A stretch of 64,000 nt of DNA from Eledone cirrhosa (GCA_964016885.1 OZ024744.1:65844001-65908000), one strand, 5' to 3'. Positions 23,343-35,114 are shown, counted from the stretch's first letter. Notes: generated by a model not told the origin, from the sequence alone. Made by a program: numbers and translations.

Positions 23343-24770
23343 ATAATAATAAATTTGAAGACTAAAATCCAAAGAGGGCTTGATAAGGATAAATATATAT
23401 CAAATATATAAGAACCGTAGAGCAAATATTTATTAAAATAACAGATTAAAGTTTAAGCAAAGAATCGCTGCTTTCACCCTTAACGGGATCTTCTGAAACT
23501 AACAAAGTCAATCTGTAAACGCAGAAGTGGATATTTCAAAAAACGTTGCAACCGGAGGAAGACAAGAAGACGATACTTTGGTTCGTGGAAACGTTCCCTG
23601 GCAAAGAGCGGGAAAAAACGAATATAATACGTCATTAATAGGAGCGGCGAAAAACAATTACGCGCAAAGACAGAACGACGTTTATGGTATAAAAGAAGTC
23701 GTAGACTAATGTTCTCTTAGGTGGTTCATAGAGACGTTCTCTGGCAATGAACGGAAAATACGAAGATAATACGTCATATGTGGAGCGTGGAGAACAATTG
23801 CACGCAAAGACAAAACCACGTAAATGGTATAGCTGACGTCGTAGACTAAATTCTAACTAGGAAACCGAATGAATCTCCGCTTCAGAGTTAAGAATAAAGT
23901 AAATAAATACAATACAGGGGTAATAGAAATTAAATAAATGCATACACACATTCAAATACGTACATACACAAGCATACGCAAAACACTTTCCATAGGTATA
24001 CAAAACCACGCACATATAAATATGTGTGCGTGTGTGTGTGCGTGTATACAAATAAATAATTAAATAAACGTATATAAATAAAGAAATACGTATATAACAA
24101 GCGCGCCCACATACCTACATGTAAATACACAAATGTTCGGAGATGTAAGTCAGCCAAAACATGAAGTACACATATACACACACCTTACATACGGACGAAC
24201 CTGCATACACATGCAGACGCAAACTACCGTATACACATAACCAAACCATATGTACCAGAAAATCTAAAACATTTATACGCCATAATATAATCAATCAAAT
24301 ATACGTATGAGAAAGTATACGTACCCTCACAAAACATACAGGTAATATATACTTACCTATGCAAATAAGTAATGGTATAAACAAAATATATACTTAGCTA
24401 CCACATCAAGACGTAAAACACCCACGTATAGATCGTACTATCCGTTAGGGTATAATGTGGGGCTGTAATACAGGAAAGTTTTGTGCAATTTATGTTTACA
24501 AGCCGAAATTGCCTCAGATTTTTTGTTTAAGATGTGGTCTGTGGCGTAGAGTATTTCCAGGGCCTCAGCGGCGCAGAGGTCACATGGTCTTTTATTTCCG
24601 TTATACGATCTAGCCCTAGCTAGGATCTCCCAGTGTAACTTATATTGGGTGTGGTTGTCTTTTAGACTCCAGATATAAGCTGAAAGTGACGTCATATTCC
24701 TTCTTAGAGGGTAACGAAAAGAATGGGTATGCATGTAAAGACGCTGCTTGAATCTATTGGCGGTTAACCC
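23341..24770 (-). mobile_element. Penelope-like element 3' portion (GIY-YIG endonuclease C-terminus plus 3' non-coding region)
   Basis: ORF 24438-24734 has SLSAYIWSLKD...WEILARARSY...CDLCAAEALEI...LNKKSEAISACKH, typical of Cys-containing PLE GIY-YIG domains. Ends in (TA)n. The terminal segment is repeated at about 33365-33500 and 53275-53330. Confidence 0.82.
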
Positions 24771-25146
24771 TAGTAGTTAGAGCATTGACCTTGCAATCGA
24801 AAGGTTGTGAGTTCAATTCTCAAACCGGGTGATGTGTTGTTTCCTTGAGCAAGACACTTTATTTCACATTGCTCCAGTTTACTCAGCTGTAGAAATGAGA
24901 TGATAGGGACTGGGGTCTGCACCATTCCACTGCAAAGTGGTTGTGGAGGTGTCACGGCAAAAAAGCACCCAGCCCACACTGTAAAGTGGACGTGTAGGCG
25001 CCACAGAAAAAAAGCAACCAGCACTCACTGTAAATGAGGTTGGTGTTAGGAAGGGCATCCAGCTGTAGAAATCAAGCCAGAATCAGTTCCTGTCCCACCC
25101 TTGCAAGCAGGGAAAAGCGGACGTAAAATGATGATGATGATGATGA
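24771..25146 (+). mobile_element. SINE-A (5'-truncated, with a duplicated 3' module)
   Basis: SINE-A sequence with two CCAC..GTGG/CAC..AAAAAAGCA units. Confidence 0.88.
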
Positions 25147-25171
25147 TATATATATATATATATATATATAT

Positions 25172-25811
25172 ATCATCATCATCATCATCATCGTTTAACG
25201 TCCATCTTCCACGCTTGCATGGGTTTGGACGGGAGGTTTCCCACTTGAGGCAAGATTTGTTGTCCTGCTTGTATAGGACTGTCTGGCGGGTTTTCTACGG
25301 CTGGATGCCCTTCCTAACACCAACCACGTTTACAGTGTGGACTGGGAGGTTTTTACCGTGTTACCTACACGGCCACATTACAGCGTGGACTGTGTGTTTT
25401 TTTGTTGGGACACCTACACGACCTCATTTGTTTCGGACTGGATGTTGTGGTACCAACATAACTTCACATTTAAGGGGGTGGTGTGGATGGGGTGGGGGTA
25501 GTGGGACGGGGGACGAGGGGTATTTTGTTAGAGGTGCCTACTGACTGTAGGTTACGCTTTGTACTTAGGCAAGGCGGGTCTTCTGTATGACTGTGTAGCG
25601 CCAAAGATCTCGGTCCAGTGACATTGTTTTGGAGAGGTGTAAGTGTGTGAGGTCGGAATTTATCAAGTCGTCCCAGGTTTTTCTGGGTCTGCCTACTCCG
25701 TGGCTACCGTCTATTTTTATCGCCCTGCACTTTTTTATTATACAGCTATGGTCTTTCAAGCGCATCACGTGGCCGTACCAACGTAGTCTTCTCTCGAGTA
25801 AACAACATCTG
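25172..25811 (-). mobile_element. RTE LINE-A subfamily, 5'-truncated
   Basis: RCCLLERRLRWYGHVMR...GRPRKTWDDLI...QKTRLA plus 3' UTR and (ATG)n. Confidence 0.88.
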
Positions 25812-25824
25812 TATATATATATAT

Positions 25825-25861
<37 letters not shown>

Positions 25862-25864
25862 GAC

Positions 25865-26130
25865 AATAAGCATATAGACAATATACCCCCACACCCTCCC
25901 ACTGCAAAGTGGTCGTGGAGGCGCCACGGAAAAAAAAGCACCCAGCACTCACTGTAAATGAGGTTGGTGTTAGGAAGGGCATCCAGCTGTAGAAATCAAG
26001 CCAGAATCAGTTCCTGTATGAGCAAGACAAGGTCTGCCGACCGGGCACGGCCCACAACAGGGCAACCTGTCTAACCCATGCTAGCGTGGAAGAACGGACG
26101 TAAAACAGTGATGATGATGATGATGATGAT
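25865..26130 (+). mobile_element. LINE-A 3' UTR fragment
   Basis: Matches the reverse complement of 57066-57320. Confidence 0.85.
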
Positions 26131-26236
26131 ATATATATTCATATTACACAAGGCTATTGTTATACCAATGCCCTGCTATAGCAAAGGAAGTTTCTCCAGC
26201 TGTAACATATGTGAAGTGACAATGTATTATCCCCCA

Positions 26237-26982
26237 TAGTTCGTATTTGTAGGATTCATGGAAGAAGTGTCACGGGAGTAGCGAATTCACAAGTGGTCCC
26301 AAAAAAACCCGCACTGGGCTCAACAGTGGTTCCAAAGAGACAAGGCGTAGCTGAGGTCAAGCGTCGCATAGGTGCTGCCAGATCCGCTTTTGGGCGCCTC
26401 TATCGGTGTCTGTGGGACAGAAGAGAGAGATCACCTCGGCGACCAAAGGGAGAATCTACCAGGCCGTCGTTCGAACTATCCTCCTCTATGACTGTGAAAC
26501 ATGGCCTATGAGGGTAGTCGATCAACGAGCGCTGGAGGTCTTCGACAATGACTGTCTCCGCCGCATTCTTCGCTGCCGACACGTTGATCGGGTACCTGCC
26601 ACCAGTCTTCGTCTTCGCCTGAATCTTCGACCTTCAGTGCTTCTGCAACGGGGCTTGAGATAGTTTGGTCATGCAGCCCGGCGCCCTGACGGTGAGATGG
26701 TCTGCGATGTTCTCCTCCCACCTCCACTCCCTAACTGGCGCAAGCGCATTGGCAGGCAACTGAGGACCTGGGCAACGACGATTAAGGAGGACCTCTCCGA
26801 ACTCTCAGGTCCACAGGTGTTCGGCCTGAGCCGATGGAACCGTGACTGGCTCGCTATCTCCAGTGACCTAGCCCAGGACCGTCGTGCGTGGGCTGCCATG
26901 GTTCGGGATGCCGTCAGGACAAGGGAAGAAGCCGGCTCAACCCGTCCAGGGTGAATGTCGACACAAGTACAAGTACAAGTAA
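26237..26982 (+). mobile_element. GC-rich RTE-clade LINE-E 3' portion with (CAAGTA)n tail and 13-bp TSD
   Basis: RRIGAARSAF..LW.RREI..ATKGRIYQAVVRTILLY.CETW...AQDRRAW...AGSTRPG. GTATTATCCCCCA at 26224-26236 and 26983-26995. Confidence 0.88.
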
Positions 26983-28241
26983 GTATTATCCCCCAAAATT
27001 CTGTAGTACATCAAATTGCAAGAATACCTCTAATTCTATCCAACCTGGATATCTACAAGATTCACTGGAAATCAATTAAGGAAGAAACCTGCAGATTGAA
27101 CAAGCCTCAGATTCTTTGTATGAGCTATAATGACATAAAACTGAAGCAATCTATGTTAATAATTTTAGCTATAGGCCTTAAACATGTTCCAAATGCATAA
27201 AATGGAATAAATGGTAAAACATCTGGAAAGAAGAAAGACCCCATCTAAGGATGTCACTTATAGAAATTGCAAATAAAATAAAATAAAGTAAAATGAAATA
27301 TAACAAAATAAAATATAATTTTTCAATGAAAATATCGTATAGTAAAGGAAATTATATCTAGAGAAAATGTAAAAACTAACCCTAAAACCTTCTACTACAG
27401 ACTTATAGAAGAAAGAGTTTTCTGCAGTGCAAAATAGAATCACTGTTTGAAAGAAGAGGATTACTTTGCTGCAGATCTTCACAAGCTAAGTGAAACACTC
27501 AATAAACAATTCAATTGTATTGACAAACCATATAATATCACTATATGACATCGTTACAAAAGCTTTAGAATGAAACTTAGAAGAAGTGAACTGAAGGGAA
27601 GAAGGAAAAAAAAAACAAAAAGGAAAAAAAGGTAAATTTGGTAAAGTAGGAACAGAATTCTCATAGAAATAATTCCATGTCTTATATTTCAGTGTGACAG
27701 AAAACTAGTGTTCCTGTCTCATCTTAAAAATATACTTCTCCACATCACATCCTGGTTAATACAAAAATACTATGTTGTAATTCACACTACCTCACACCAC
27801 ACCCTGTCATGATGCAGAAAAAGTATTAAAAAACTTAATACTCCTGAGTTTTTTTTTTCCCCTCCACGCTAATTAAACCGGATGTATTCTTTGCTATCTA
27901 CCCTCCTGATATTACTAAAGATGAATATTTATTATATCTATCATCATCATCATTGTTGTTTAATGTCCGGCTTTCCTGCTAGCAAGGGTTGGGTGGGTCT
28001 ACATAGACAAAGTCAGCACTGAAGCAGGATTACTGACCTCCTAAACAGGCCCAGGGTAGGGAGGGGAAGAGAGGTTTGCACTTCACTTACGCACAGTCTT
28101 ACATGCTATAGAGTGCACAGGAGAGGTTGTTGTATCTTTGAAACAACTGCAGCATCCTCCCAACCTTCTGTTTGGCATGATTGGATGCCCTCTCTCTCAC
28201 CAAGCACTTTACAGCATCTACTGTATATATGTATATATATA

Positions 28242-28355
28242 AAAAGAGTTAGGACCTGACGGCTGAGCTCCGGCCGTTTCGACAGCTAGATCCAAACAGT
28301 TTGGATCTAGCCCTCGAAACAGCCGGGGCTCAGCCGTCAGGGTCCTAACTCTTTT
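28242..28355. repeat. About 115-bp near-perfect DNA palindrome, probable PLE terminal fold-back
   Basis: AAAAGAGTTAGGACCTGACGGCTGAG...GATCCAAAC-A-GTTTGGATC...CTCAGCCGTCAGGGTCCTAACTCTTTT. Followed by a GAGTACTC-containing tail and flanked by (TA)n. Confidence 0.8.
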
Positions 28356-28448
28356 CCTATTACCCACTCTAATACCCTAAGTATTGAGTACTCTGGAGCA
28401 TTATGGTACACCTGGCATCTTACCACACCTTCTTTGTTATACATACAC

Positions 28449-28477
<29 letters not shown>

Positions 28478-28479
<2 letters not shown>

Positions 28480-29236
28480 GGGTCGGATTTATAACAGGAT
28501 GTATGGGGCATTTGCCTCAAGCCCCCTCTCTCATGAGCTGTGGGCCCTACCAGTGGTGGTGAGGCCTAAGTAAGATAGATGTAGCCTAGGACGGCCAAAG
28601 GCATGTTCCTGATAGGCTTCACCAGAACTAAACCTTTAATAAAATGTACTTAATGTCAACCCTGTGGTCAACAAACCAAAATTTCTCTACTTTAGAGACA
28701 CCAAAACAAGCGTATATGTCTATTTGTGTGTGGATGTATTTATAAGATGTATATATATATATTAGATATTAATCTAACAATGAAAATAATAACAAAGTCG
28801 AATTATTTTATCTATTCATAGCATTATTTTACTGATCTATAGCAGTTATATAATTGTATACTATCAGACATCATATATAGGTTCAATCAAACCGTCTTCT
28901 ATATGTGTGTATATGTATGTTTGCTTGTGTGTGTTTTTACGTATATTTAAGAGTGGAAAGTGCACTTAAAATGAAGGTGGTCAGATGTTTTTCCTTTAAC
29001 ATCTGTATGTATAACTTGATAATTCCAATCATATTTGCCAAGCCAATTTTGAAATGGAAACTTGGGGCTTTGTTGTGTTTTTTATTTTTCAAAAATGTTC
29101 TTTATGTATGAGACCCCGCCCCCACCAACGTAAAGTGCCTTGGGGCCCTTCCCAAATCTGAAGTGCTCCGTGAAGTGCACTTGGCTCCACAAACTTGAGA
29201 TGCTCTGGGCATCCCAAACTTCTAAAACTGGCCCTG
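28478..29236. mobile_element. hAT-like non-autonomous DNA transposon
   Basis: Imperfect terminal inverted repeats CAGGGTCGGATTTA ... TAAAACTGGCCCTG with subterminal GGGCCC motifs. TSD obscured by microsatellite. Confidence 0.6.
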
Positions 29237-29334
29237 TACATATATATATATATATATATATATAGGGTATACAGGGTATATATATAGGGTATATATATAT
29301 ATATAGGGTATATAGGGTATATATATAGGGTATA

Positions 29335-31322
29335 AGAGAGAAGCTAGACGTCAGGTGTACGTCAGGGAGGCTGAGAGTAGGAGGTTTGTCAATGTTCTGC
29401 GTTGGGAAGATCAGAGGCGTGCGGTGTTCCACATTGCAAGACAGTGTGTCAGTGCAAATCAGGATGTTGTTGGAGATAAATGTGTCCAGAATGATGCAGG
29501 TGTACTTAGTGTCACGAATGACCAGAAAAAGGAGGCCTGGAAATGTCATTATGAGAGACTGATGAATGTGGAGAACGAATGGGAGAGAGAGAAATTACCC
29601 TCAGTAGATCCGACAGAGATTGACGAATATAGGGTCCAAGAAGCGATTAAGGAAAAGAAAAATAGTAAGGCTGCTGGACCATCGAGGATAGTTGCTGAGA
29701 TGCTGAAGGCATCAGGGGACGTAGGCACTAAACTGGTTCCACGCATCATCAATCAGGCTATATATGGTGATGTCATCCCAAAGACTGGTGCAGCAGTATT
29801 CTCATAAATTGCTTCAAAGGTAAAGGGGATGCTCTGGAGAGAAGCAATTATAAGGGTATAAAACTGATGGATCAGGTTATGAAAGTGGCAGAAAGGATAT
29901 TAGCATAACTAATTAGAGAAAGGGTCAAACTAGATGAAATACAGTTTGGTTTTGTGCCTGGAAAGAGTACAACAGATGCCCTCTTCTTGGTGAGACAATT
30001 ACAAGAGAGGTTCTTAGAGAAAAATAAGCCACTATACTTAGCCTTTGTTGACCTAGAGAAGGCCTTTGATAGGGTACCCCGATCTGTCATCTGGTGGTCC
30101 CTAAGGAAACTAGGTGTTGAGGAATGGCTTGTGAGGACAGTGCAAACTTTGTACAGAGGTACTGTCAGTAAAGTCAGGGTAGGAATGGAGTTTAGTGAGG
30201 AATTCCAGATACAAGTAGGAGTACATCAAGGTTCGGTCCTCAGCCCGCTCTTGTTCATTATAGTCCTCCAAGTCATAACAGAGAAGTTTAAGACTGGCTG
30301 TCCTTGGGAACTTCTCTATGCTGATGATCTGGTTCTTATAGCAGAATCAGTAGAGGAGCTAGAGAATAAATTCTGGCTACAGCAGTTGGAAGCAAGAGGA
30401 CTGAGAGTGGACCTAGCTAAGACAAAAGTGTTGATGAGTAGAAAAGAGGATAAAACTTTGATTCCGTCAGGCAAATGACCATGTTCGATATGCAGAAAAG
30501 GAACTGGCATAAATTCTATAAAATGCACACAATGCAGATCCTGGGTACACAAGAGATGTAGTGGGATAGCAGGCAAACTAACAGGTGGGGAGAAATACGT
30601 ATGCAGTAGATGTACAGGGAAATTAGACAGTAGAAGTTGCATTGATAGACACATTTTTCAAATGCAGGCGGGTGCTATAGAAGTGGTAGATAGCTCCCGG
30701 TACCTAGGAGATCAGATTAGCATGGGAGGGGGGTGTTCCAAAGCTATAGTATCTAGAATAGGGACGGGTTGAAAGAAGTTTAGGGAGCTGCTTCCTCTGC
30801 TGACGAAGAAGGGTTTCTCCCTGCGTTCGAAAGGCTGGTTATATGATGCCTGTGTGAGGAGCGCGATGCTGCATGGTAGTGAGACATGGGCAGCAACTGC
30901 AGAGGATATGCGACGGTTGTAGGGAAATGAGGCAAGCATGCTCCGTTGGATGTGCAATGTCAATGTGTGTGATCGACCCAGCATAAATGTGTTGAGAGAG
31001 AAACTGTGTCTGAGAGAGAAACTGTGTCTGAGAGGGATAGAATGTAGTGTGTGAGAGAGGAGACTGAGGTGGTATGGACATATGATGCGTATGGAGGATG
31101 CCTGATGGGTGAAGAAGTGCCAGGAAATGCCAGCTGAAGGAAGACGTGGTAGAGGTAGACCACGAAAAACATGGGCAGAGGTAGTGAGAACAGACCTCAG
31201 ATCGCTGAAGCTCACGGTGGAGATGACGAAGGACCGTGACAAGTTGAGAGATGCTGTGCTGAATAAGACCTGTCCCACCCTTGCAAGCAGGGAAAAGCAG
31301 ACGTAAAATGATGATGATGATG
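29335..31322 (+). mobile_element. RTE LINE-B, 5'-truncated and disrupted (RT + PHD-like finger + C-terminus)
   Basis: FVDLEKAFDRVPR, GVHQGSVLSPLLF, LLYADDLVL, CSICRKGTGINSIKCTQCRSWVHKRC, GRGRPRKTW. Internal stops and frameshifts. (ATG)n tail. Confidence 0.93.
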
Positions 31323-31363
31323 TTAGCTAGGAAAAAAGATGTTAAATGATGATGATGATGATG

Positions 31364-32210
31364 ATCATCATCATCTTTGTTTAACGCCCATCTTCCACGC
31401 TAGTATGGGTTAGACGTGAGTTGTCCCACTTGAGGCAAGGCTGGTCGGGTTACCATGTCTCGCTCATATAGGACTATCTGGCAGGTTTTCTACGGCTGGA
31501 TGCCTTTCCTAACACCAACCAAATTTAAAGTGTGGAACTGGGAACTTTTTACCGTGTTATCTACACAGCCACATTACAGTGTGGAATTTTTTTTTTTTTT
31601 GTTGTGACACCTACACAATCTTGATCTCATTATCTCATTTATTTGGACTGGATGTTGTGGTACCAACTCTACAGAGAGAGGGTGGTGTTGGTGGGAGTGG
31701 GAGGATAGGGTAGGGGTAGTGGATTGGAGTGTATATTTGGTTAAGAGGTGCCTACTGACTGTAGGTTTCGCTTTGTACATAGGCAAGGCGGGTCTTCTGT
31801 ATTACTATGACATTGTCTTAGAGAGGTGCAAGCGTGTAAGGTCGGAATTTATCAGATCATCCCAGGTTTTTCTGGGCTACCTACTCCGTAACTACCATCA
31901 ATTTTTATCACCCTGCACTTTTTTATACAGCTGTCGCCTTTCATGCGCATCACGTGACCATACCAATGTAGTCTTTTCTCAAGTAAACAGCATCTGATCC
32001 CTCTTATTCCTAATTTCTCACTTAGTTCATTTATGCTTTGCCGTTCACGTATGTTACTATTACACATCCAACGGAGCATGCATGCTTCGTTCCTTTCCAG
32101 TCTATGCAGGTCCTCTGCACACAATGCCCAAGTCCCACTGCCATGTAGCATTACTGTTCGTATGCAGGCATCATACAGCCTGCCTTTCATTTTTAGAGAG
32201 AAACCTTTTG
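31364..32210 (-). mobile_element. LINE-A subfamily, 5'-truncated, tail-to-tail with LINE-B
   Basis: MKGRLYDACIRTVMLHGS.TW...WYGHVMRM plus 3' UTR. Confidence 0.88.
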
Positions 32211-32362
32211 TATAAATGCATACTTATAAAAAAACTCATAGAAGAGATAACAAAGAACTACAATGAATAGGGGGATGCTGTGCTGGAAAATACTCATCTA
32301 AATCCTGCTTGCATAATGGTGATGATGATGGAGATGAGGATGATGATGGTATATATATATAA

Positions 32363-32402
<40 letters not shown>

Positions 32403-33260
32403 AGAGAGAGAGAAAAGGTGAAATTGGAAATAGCAAGGAAAATACATTTAAGGGTTTGTTTTTCTTTTTTTTCCATTCTTTGATTCTTCAAAGTGACATT
32501 ATTGAAAAAATGAGAGGAACAATTCTTTTAAAAAAGAGTTTTTGTAAAGTATATAAAGTATAACCGGTTTCGATGTATTAGTAAAATTCATCTTATCAAA
32601 TGCTGAGTATTACAATTAAAAAGAGTTAATAAGAATTAAAAACTAAAAATTTAAGATTTTAAATTAAGTGTTGAGGCAAGTTTTTTTTCATCTTCCTTGT
32701 TGAGAAAGATACTGGAAAATGAACTCTTGTGTATAGAGAGAGAGAGGTGTAGTCATGGTAGCAGCAGCAGCAGCAGTGGTTGTAGGTGTGTTTTTTCACA
32801 TAGAACAAAGTTGTTTTTAAGGACAAAGGAGATATTCTGTAAATATGTGTGTGTATCTCAATTGTGTTCTCATGGACAGGTCAAGAGTTTAGATGGGGGT
32901 GGCAAAGAGTGGAATGGTAAGCTAGAGACAAATTCTATGGGATTGACAGCAGTAAGGTTGTAAAAGAAATTTTATTTTTGGAATATGGTTTTAGAGAGTG
33001 TGAGTGTGCACATGTGAGAGTGTATATATAAAAAATACACACATGTGCGAATGTGTGTGTGTGCTTCAGCCTGTCTGTCACAGGTCCCTTTGAGGCAGGA
33101 AATTAAAGAAAACAGAGCAAAGCATCAGTGGTGGTTTTCAATCAGGAATTTTTGGAAATATATATATATATATGTAAAAGGTAAACAGAAATAACAACAC
33201 AATCGGTACAGTATATGGAAGGAATATATTAGGTTAATGCTTGATATAGCAGGAAGAGGG

Positions 33261-33296
33261 TCTTAACGTTTCGGATGCTAGTCCTTCATCAGAAGA
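33261..33296 (-). ncRNA. Minimal type-I hammerhead ribozyme motif (PLE-associated)
   Basis: TCTT-CTGATGA-A-GGA(CTAGCA)TCC-GAAAC-GTT-AAGA. 4-bp stem I, 3-bp stem II, self-complementary AACGTT stem III. Confidence 0.6.
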
Positions 33297-33500
33297 AAGA
33301 ATGAGAAATAAGATAGATTGAGGGGACGGACGGGATGGAATTGGAAAAAATGTCTTTATATATATATATTTATTATAAGAACAGATTGATTAAAGTTTAA
33401 GTAAAGAATCCCTGCTTTCACCCTTAATGAGACCTTCTGAAACTATATATAATCCTTATTGAGCCCTCTTCAGATTTTAGTCTTCATATTTATTATTACT

Positions 33501-34186
33501 ATCATCATCATCATCATCTTCGTTTAACGTCCATCTTCCATGCTAGCCTGGGTTAGACGGGAGTTGTCCCGCTTGAGGCAAGGTTGGTCGGGTGACCATG
33601 TCTTGCTCATATAGGACTATCTGGCAGGTTTTCTACGGCTGGATGCCCTTCCTAACACCAACTATATTTACAGTGTGCAACTGGGAACTTTTTACCGTGT
33701 TACCTACACGACCACATTACAGCGTGGACTCTGTGTTTTTTGTCGTGACACCTACATGATCTCGATCTCATTTATTTGGACTGGATGTTGTGGTACCAAC
33801 TTTACAGAGAGAAAGTGGTGTTGGTGGGAGTGAGAGGATAGGGTAGGGGTAGTGGATTGGAGTGTATTTTTGGTTAAGGGGTGCCTTATGACTGTAGGTT
33901 TCATTTTGTTCATAGGCAAGGCGGGTCTTCTGTACTACTGCGTAGCGCCAAAGATCTCGGTCCAGTGACATTGTCTTAGAGAGGTGCAAGTGTGTAAGGT
34001 CGGAATTTATCAGATCGTTCCAGGTTTTCTGGGTCTACCTACTCCGTAACTACCATCAATTTTGATCGCCCTGCACTTTTTTATACAGCTGTCATCTTCC
34101 ATGCGCATCACGTGACCATACCAATGTAGTCTTCTCATAAGTAAACATCTGATCCCTCTTATTCCTAATTTCTCACTTAGTTCATT
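33501..34186 (-). mobile_element. LINE-A subfamily, 5'-truncated
   Basis: INELSEKLGIRGIRCL...WYGHVMRM...QKTRLA plus 3' UTR. Confidence 0.88.
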
Positions 34187-34195
34187 TATATATAT

Positions 34196-34416
34196 ATATT
34201 TAATGTATAATAAACAATACAATATAATTACCTCGTTCATCAGACAAGGCAATTAGACGAACGAATGTGGACGTTTCTTGTATCCGTCTTATTCGAGAAA
34301 CCTCTGGTAATGAGGTAATTATATTGTATTGTTTATTATACATTAAATATTTAGCTCTGTAACTTACGTAGAGCACTCTTCATTCCTCTGACTTTTTCAA
34401 CGAAAACTTCAACACC
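34196..34416 (+). mobile_element. PLE-derived fold-back remnant with a degenerate hammerhead
   Basis: Inverted arms of about 36 bp (34201-34236 / 34310-34346). GAAACCTCTGGTAATG and the GAGCACTCTT tail are shared with the 46.4-kb and 53.8-kb copies. Confidence 0.7.
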
Positions 34417-34437
34417 TATATATATATATATATATAT

Positions 34438-34772
34438 ATCATCATCATCACTTTACGTCCGCTTTTCCCTGTTTGCAAGGGTGGGACGAGAACTGATTCT
34501 GGCTTGATTTCTACAGCTGGATGCCCTTCCTAACACCAACCTCATTTACAGTGAGTGCTGGGTGCTTTTTTGCCATGGCACCTCCACAACCACTTTGTAG
34601 TAGAATGATAGGGACCCCAGTCCCTATCATCTCATTTCTACAGCTGAGTAAACTGGAGCAATGTGAAATAAAGTGTCTTGCTCAAGGAAACAACACATCA
34701 CCCGGTTGAGAATTGAACTCACAACCTTTCGATTGCAAGGCCAATGCTCTAACCACTAAGCCATGTGCCTCC
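34438..34772 (-). mobile_element. SINE-A, full length
   Basis: Reverse complement of 1206-1555. Confidence 0.9.
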
Positions 34773-34788
34773 ATTATATAGAGAATGA

Positions 34789-34859
34789 TGCATCGGCCAG
34801 GAAACGAACCCGGATCGCACATGTGGGAAGCGTGCATTCTACCATTGAACAACCGATGC
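34789..34859 (-). tRNA. tRNA-Gly-like gene, anticodon CCC, probably a pseudogene
   Basis: GCATCGG TT GTTC AATGGTA GAAT G CACGC TTCCCAC ATGTG CGAT CCGGG TTCGTTT CCTGG CCGATGC A, 71 nt. Intact acceptor, D and T stems. T-loop A58>T and one anticodon-stem mismatch. Confidence 0.75.
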
Positions 34860-34888
34860 TATATGTATATATTTATTTATTTATATGT

Positions 34889-34919
<31 letters not shown>

Positions 34920-35114
34920 AATTGTAATGTCTTACTGCCTGATGGCTAACCTCTTACCATTTTAACAATGGTCTCGCTAGTCAGAACTAGCAACTCCCAA
35001 TCTATCTATATATGTATATGTATTTAAATAAATATATATATATGTCTGTGTGTGTGTATTTATATATATGTGCGTATATATATATATGTATATGTTTATA
35101 TATATATATATCGT

